Source: an uncultured virus (IMG/VR IMGVR_UViG_3300033066_000839) | Lineage: Duplodnaviria; Heunggongvirae; Uroviricota; Caudoviricetes | Virus record (IMG/VR): IMGVR_UViG_3300033066_000839 | Reading direction: 5' to 3' (one strand) | DNA length: 20,000 nucleotides | Part shown: one piece after another, positions 15,975 to 20,000 of the stretch | How the letters are laid out: each line of letters opens with the position of its first letter | Position numbering within the stretch: position 1 is the stretch's first letter | Program-made: the position numbers and the translations under genes | Notes under the pieces: model-generated | What the model was told of the DNA's origin: nothing | The model's database searches: none | Seen by the model: only the letters and a program-made list of their open reading frames with translations

Positions 15975-16709
15975 TTATTTAACCAGATACCTGTAATGTG
16001 GTTGCTGAACAGGACCACTTGCAATGATAGTCCATGCTTTCGTTATGCCGTTCTCATGGTGAATATAGCATTCAAAGTTTACACCTACCCTTGCAGAATG
16101 AATAGTGAACTTGCTATTAGCGGTTATCCCCTTATCATTCAATCTTTTCGCCAACCTGATAATACTTTCCGTGTAATGTTCTTCAGCTTGCTTAACCTTG
16201 CTGGCTTTGTATTTATCTAAGCCCATTCTTACAACCTCCCTAGCAACAATTTTAGCTCTCTCCATTTCTTGCGCAGCAACTAACCTGTGGTTGTACTCAT
16301 GGTAGTTCGGGTTACCATATTTGTTTACAACGGTATACTCAATCCTGTATGCTTTCAACCATTCCGCTTCCGTGCGCTGCATAAGTTTTTCACAGTAGGC
16401 AAACCTTTCATCGGCATACTCTTTAGTTTTTTCTATGAAAGCAGCTTTTAAATCAGATGTGTGTTTGTACAACTCTTCTATTAATTTATCATTACGTTCT
16501 ACTTTCTCTACACTACCATCAATAGCTTCATGAACAAAGTTTGACTTTACAATCGCATTAGCAATGTTCTTAGCCTGTAAGCGCTCACTGTAAGAATAGC
16601 GTGAGTTATTAGCAATATTAATTGAAACCTTACCATCATCTTTCAAAGTCACTTTGCCATAGACAGTACGCCCAGAAGTAGTTTTGTGAGAGAAGTGTGC
16701 TGTAACCAT
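15975..16709 (-). CDS. conserved early phage hypothetical protein
   Basis: 244 aa; C-terminal 'TIIASGPVQQPHYRYLVK'; first gene after cassette copy 2. Confidence 0.7.
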   Translation of the reverse strand: MVTAHFSHKTTSGRTVYGKVTLKDDGKVSINIANNSRYSYSERLQAKNIANAIVKSNFVHEAIDGSVEKVERNDKLIEELYKHTSDLKAAFIEKTKEYADERFAYCEKLMQRTEAEWLKAYRIEYTVVNKYGNPNYHEYNHRLVAAQEMERAKIVAREVVRMGLDKYKASKVKQAEEHYTESIIRLAKRLNDKGITANSKFTIHSARVGVNFECYIHHENGITKAWTIIASGPVQQPHYRYLVK

Positions 16710-16777
16710 TTTGCTTAATGTTTAGTGTTAAAATTGATTTGTTGATACAAAGATAGTGTTATGTTTTGAAATAACAA
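16705..16777 (-). promoter_or_regulatory. promoter/operator/leader cassette, copy 2
   Basis: TATCTTTG box at 16748-16755, TTG 19 nt upstream, inverted repeat at 16757-16776; near-identical to 9538-9611. Confidence 0.85.
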
Positions 16778-16804
16778 GTGTTTTGCAAAAAATATTTTTC
16801 AGGC

Positions 16805-16832
16805 AAAAAAAAGGAGCTGAAAACAGCCCCTT
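16805..16832 (-). terminator. intrinsic terminator
   Basis: On the - strand AAGGGGCTG-TTTT-CAGCTCCTT followed by a T-run. Confidence 0.85.
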
Positions 16833-16885
16833 AACAAATCAATTACACCTATGAGAAAAGCAGAGAACCTGCTACTAAGAATGTA
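16805..16885 (-). ncRNA. candidate trans-acting antisense small RNA (or lysin mRNA 3' UTR)
   Basis: Box TATCTTCG (16890-16897), hairpin AGCAG-GTTCT-CTGCT, unpaired TTTCTCATAGGTGTAATTGATTTGTT complementary to several gene leaders, then the terminator. Confidence 0.55.
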
Positions 16886-16900
16886 GACACGAAGATACAC

Positions 16901-17413
16901 CTATTTTCTGAAATACCTATACACGCTGTATATAATCCCTGAAATAACTACCACGCCAAGTACACCTATTCCACCAGTTATTAACACCTGTTCGTATTTC
17001 GGGTATTTGGATAGCCAGTTTTTGATACCAGCCAGATACGTACTTTCTTTATCGCCGTAGTACCCAGCCTTTTTAAGAGCGGCGGCATATGTTTCTGGGG
17101 TGTTAAGGTCGGCTATTTTCAGTTTACCCTCATTCTGCCTGCGTTGCAGCCACGCTATAAGCTCTTTAGTGCTATCTTCTACACTGGCATACTTAGCCGC
17201 AGGGAATCCGTTATCGGCAGTCCTGCCAGCCTGCGGAAGCTGATATTTAGAGCCAGATACGTACATGTACCCAAATGCATTATTACCCTCTTTGAATATA
17301 GATGATGTAAAGTCGCCCGTTTCATGCCTTGCGTCCGCAACAATGATGTTAGCCAATGTATCGTTAATGCCAGCGCCTTTGGCAGTATTGTATATTAATT
17401 GCCCGTAGTCCAT
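16901..17413 (-). CDS. GH73/glucosaminidase-type peptidoglycan hydrolase with C-terminal TM
   Basis: 'ARHETG', 'NNAFG', 'KYASVEDS', 'LKKAGYY' motifs; C-terminal TM GGIGVLGVVVISGIIYSVYRYFRK; likely start MDYG at 17413. Confidence 0.85.
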   Translation of the reverse strand: MDYGQLIYNTAKGAGINDTLANIIVADARHETGDFTSSIFKEGNNAFGYMYVSGSKYQLPQAGRTADNGFPAAKYASVEDSTKELIAWLQRRQNEGKLKIADLNTPETYAAALKKAGYYGDKESTYLAGIKNWLSKYPKYEQVLITGGIGVLGVVVISGIIYSVYRYFRK

Positions 17414-17417
17414 GTGG

Positions 17418-17425
17418 CAAAGATA
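17418..17425 (-). promoter_or_regulatory. Bacteroidota-type -7 box immediately before the lysin ATG
   Basis: TATCTTTG-CCAC-ATG on the - strand. Confidence 0.6.
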
Positions 17426-17440
17426 TACCAAAAATTGAAG

Positions 17441-18127
17441 TTATATCAGGCAGATGCTTTTGCAGAAGTCAATAAATCCCTGTTCTTTAGTATGAATCCA
17501 CCGTATCATTTCGGCTCTTGCTTCGGTAGTGTCATATGCTGTTCCGTAGGGGTGTATAACGGTAATGTCATCCCTTACAACACTTACCATCCCTAATTTA
17601 TTGGTAAGATACCCTAGCCATATATCCACGCCCCAGCCGTATATATTTTCTGGTGCGAACCGCCCACAGGCTTCAATAATGCTCCTGTCAGCCATAAATA
17701 CTATTCCTTCACAAAAGGGAACTTGCCGTGTATTTGTCTGGGCTGTTTGGGGTTTCATATGCTCCCAGCACCTACCAATTATAGAAGGTGAAACCATACC
17801 GATATTTAGATTGAAAGGACCATCAAATAAAGGCATTGCATAGAATAGCTGCTCTACTTTATGTTGCTCATACAAGATTACGTCAGAACATATATACAAA
17901 GCGTGTGTAGCATCGCTGGATAAGAAGTCAGCGTTAGCCGTGTCGATTGCATATGAATATCCCGACTGGCACTCGATTACATTACTAAGAGCACCTACCT
18001 TACCCGCAGGCTCAATAGGTGCTCCGTTGTGTACTATTTTACAATCGAAAAACATGGATAGCAGATTATGCATAGCTATGGCATCTGCTAAATGGCTATG
18101 GTTTAATATGTAGGCTTTTTTACTCAT
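17441..18127 (-). CDS. GT-A fold (GT2-like) glycosyltransferase
   Basis: 'LYICSDV' (xD motif), 'GMVSP', 'YGWGVDIW', 'VIH'. Confidence 0.7.
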   Translation of the reverse strand: MSKKAYILNHSHLADAIAMHNLLSMFFDCKIVHNGAPIEPAGKVGALSNVIECQSGYSYAIDTANADFLSSDATHALYICSDVILYEQHKVEQLFYAMPLFDGPFNLNIGMVSPSIIGRCWEHMKPQTAQTNTRQVPFCEGIVFMADRSIIEACGRFAPENIYGWGVDIWLGYLTNKLGMVSVVRDDITVIHPYGTAYDTTEARAEMIRWIHTKEQGFIDFCKSICLI

Positions 18128-18879
18128 ATTACCTTTGTTCTCCGATTGTAAAAGTCATTATATTCATTGATAATCTGCTCATCGCTGTAGTTGTAATGGA
18201 ATCCAAATCCGTGTTGCTTGTTAAACTCCGATAGCCTGACTGCCCGTTTCCTGTATGTATGTATAAGATACTCGGCAGATAAGAATTTAAAATGCAACAT
18301 TTTTATGTCTCCCTCACTGTTATAGGTATCGGCTTGCGTATATGCGCTGTGTGCCCCATACCCATAGTTAATATAGGGCAGGTCTCCTTTAAATAAGAGG
18401 CATTTATCGTGATTGTTGCGCAGTGTTCCGAATGGGCATAGCTCTGGTAGTGTTTTACATTCGTAGCCCTCAAACTGCGGTACTGCATCTCCAACCATCT
18501 CGTAGCCCTTACAGCGGACAATATGTAGTTTTTTATCAGTCAATTCCTTTAATGCTATATGAGTGCGCTTATCAAAATATAAGAACTCGTCCATATCGCA
18601 TACTACTACCCAATCAGCGCCGCAGTCTTTCCAGCAGGTGTTCTTTATCTGTATGTACAAATCATCGCGTATTTGCCCGTCAGAGTCGTATTTGATGATA
18701 GATACCTTACGTTCTGGATAAAGTGCCCTAAACTCATCTATAACGCGCTCTGTACCATCTGTGCTATGGTTGTCGTATATCGTAATGTGTGTTGCGCCTA
18801 CTTTGAAAAAATAATGCTGTAAAAAGAACGGCATTAGGTATTCTTCATTGTAGCAGATGGCAAAAACGTGCAGTGTCAT
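18124..18879 (-). CDS. GT2-family glycosyltransferase
   Basis: 'YNEEYLMPFFLQHY', 'IYDNHSTDGT', 'DWVVVCDMDEFL', 'LHFK'. Confidence 0.85.
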   Translation of the reverse strand: MTLHVFAICYNEEYLMPFFLQHYFFKVGATHITIYDNHSTDGTERVIDEFRALYPERKVSIIKYDSDGQIRDDLYIQIKNTCWKDCGADWVVVCDMDEFLYFDKRTHIALKELTDKKLHIVRCKGYEMVGDAVPQFEGYECKTLPELCPFGTLRNNHDKCLLFKGDLPYINYGYGAHSAYTQADTYNSEGDIKMLHFKFLSAEYLIHTYRKRAVRLSEFNKQHGFGFHYNYSDEQIINEYNDFYNRRTKVI

Positions 18880-18897
18880 GTGTTATTTTTTTTCTAA

Positions 18898-19809
18898 TTA
18901 AAACTTATTCCTCTTTAAAATAAACAGACATTGAAAGTTACAAGTAGGACCAAAGTCCTCTGTCAACCATTCGCCTCTACCTGCAACAGAACCAGCAAAT
19001 TCCATTGTCCAATGCAGCTTATCAGGCGGCGGATAAGTTGTTATAAAATCACCGTGAAGCATAGGGAATATTCGGGTTTGTGTTCTACTCATGTTTTGTT
19101 GGCTAAACCCATAAGCCCTTACACCATCTGTTTGCATAACTACTTTAGGGTAGCCTTGCGCTTCAAAACAGCTATCCGTATTTACTTCTATGTACAAATT
19201 GCCGTAAGCATATCCAGTGGTAACTCTTGGTTTTGGTTGAAGTAAATTAACCATTGGTAATGGTTTTGCTTGACCAACAGAAACGGCACCCGTTGCACTA
19301 TCTAATTGGAAATCTGCCTGTAATGGACAAGGAACACTAAAATATATGTCAGCACCGTACCCTAATGTTCTTGAGCCGAAACTATAAGAGTTTAAATTCC
19401 ACGCTCTATATCCAGTTGTTGTGTGGTGTGCTATAATAGAACTTTCATCAGGAAACTCCCCAAATGAAACTACTTCAAATGCTGTATCTTTAAAATACAT
19501 ATGCATAGCCCACCCTTCAATGGCAAAACTATCTATTACACCAGATACACCGTGACCTAAATCTGTTGCATAATGCCAAGTATTTATACCTGAACTACTG
19601 CGAGTTGGGTATATAATAGCTGCGACCTCATAAAGGCTATCATTCTTTTTAAAATGTATCTTGTTTGCACTATCCAGTTTACGCTGAAGGGTATCTACCT
19701 TTTTTTGTATATAGTCTTGTGTACAACTGTCAATAGCACAGCATACGGGTTGTGCCGATGACGACACATAAATCAATGTTAGTAATAATGCAATAATTAG
19801 TTTTTTCAT
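18898..19809 (-). CDS. secreted/periplasmic hypothetical protein
   Basis: Sec signal peptide MKKLIIALLLTLIYVSSSA|Q, a short coiled coil and a beta-rich body. Confidence 0.7.
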   Translation of the reverse strand: MKKLIIALLLTLIYVSSSAQPVCCAIDSCTQDYIQKKVDTLQRKLDSANKIHFKKNDSLYEVAAIIYPTRSSSGINTWHYATDLGHGVSGVIDSFAIEGWAMHMYFKDTAFEVVSFGEFPDESSIIAHHTTTGYRAWNLNSYSFGSRTLGYGADIYFSVPCPLQADFQLDSATGAVSVGQAKPLPMVNLLQPKPRVTTGYAYGNLYIEVNTDSCFEAQGYPKVVMQTDGVRAYGFSQQNMSRTQTRIFPMLHGDFITTYPPPDKLHWTMEFAGSVAGRGEWLTEDFGPTCNFQCLFILKRNKF

Positions 19810-19844
19810 TTTTTATATAGTTTTAGTTTGTTATAAATAATTTT

Positions 19845-20000
19845 TTATTTTTCTTCAGTCGCGGGTTCTATTTTCTTAGCTTGCCCGCTTTCAATAAGCC
19901 CGAAGAGGTCCACGCCCAACTTAAGCAGTTCTTTAACTCCGATAGCAGTAAATACACCATTAGCAAGGTTTGCTTTACATATTTTTATGGCTGCGGGGCT
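19845..20000 (-). CDS. 3' end of a phage hypothetical protein (truncated by window)
   Basis: Open frame ...KELLKLGVDLFGLIESGQAKKIEPATEEK* with TAA at 19845-19847. Confidence 0.6.
   Translation of the reverse strand, partial: SPAAIKICKANLANGVFTAIGVKELLKLGVDLFGLIESGQAKKIEPATEEK

Noticed and set aside
1..20000. Stop-codon reassignment as in some Bacteroidota phages
   Set aside because: Genes tile densely under the standard code, and TAA, TAG and TGA all end genes at sensible boundaries.

Overview
This is an AT-rich phage genome segment, most likely from a Bacteroidota-infecting phage, judged from TAnnTTTG promoter boxes and A/T-rich leaders with no Shine-Dalgarno motif. A + strand virion/membrane module (<1-4914) encodes the end of a fibre/spike, a TM-anchored peptidoglycan-binding protein, several small single-TM proteins and two beta-rich putative structural proteins. 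It converges on a long - strand early/accessory module (4898->20000). That module encodes an XRE HTH protein, a motif-permuted GHKL ATPase with a zincin-like tail, a 252-aa minimal family-B-like DNA polymerase with a basic partner, an HNH nuclease, a single-strand annealing protein, a ParB-like protein, a TM-anchored GH73 muramidase and two glycosyltransferases. The most striking non-coding signal is a candidate phage small RNA (~16805-16885). Its unpaired region is complementary to a leader/start-codon motif shared by at least five - strand genes. Three further promoter-to-terminator mini-units and a duplicated promoter/operator cassette are also present. All functional calls come from motif recognition by eye; no searches were run.
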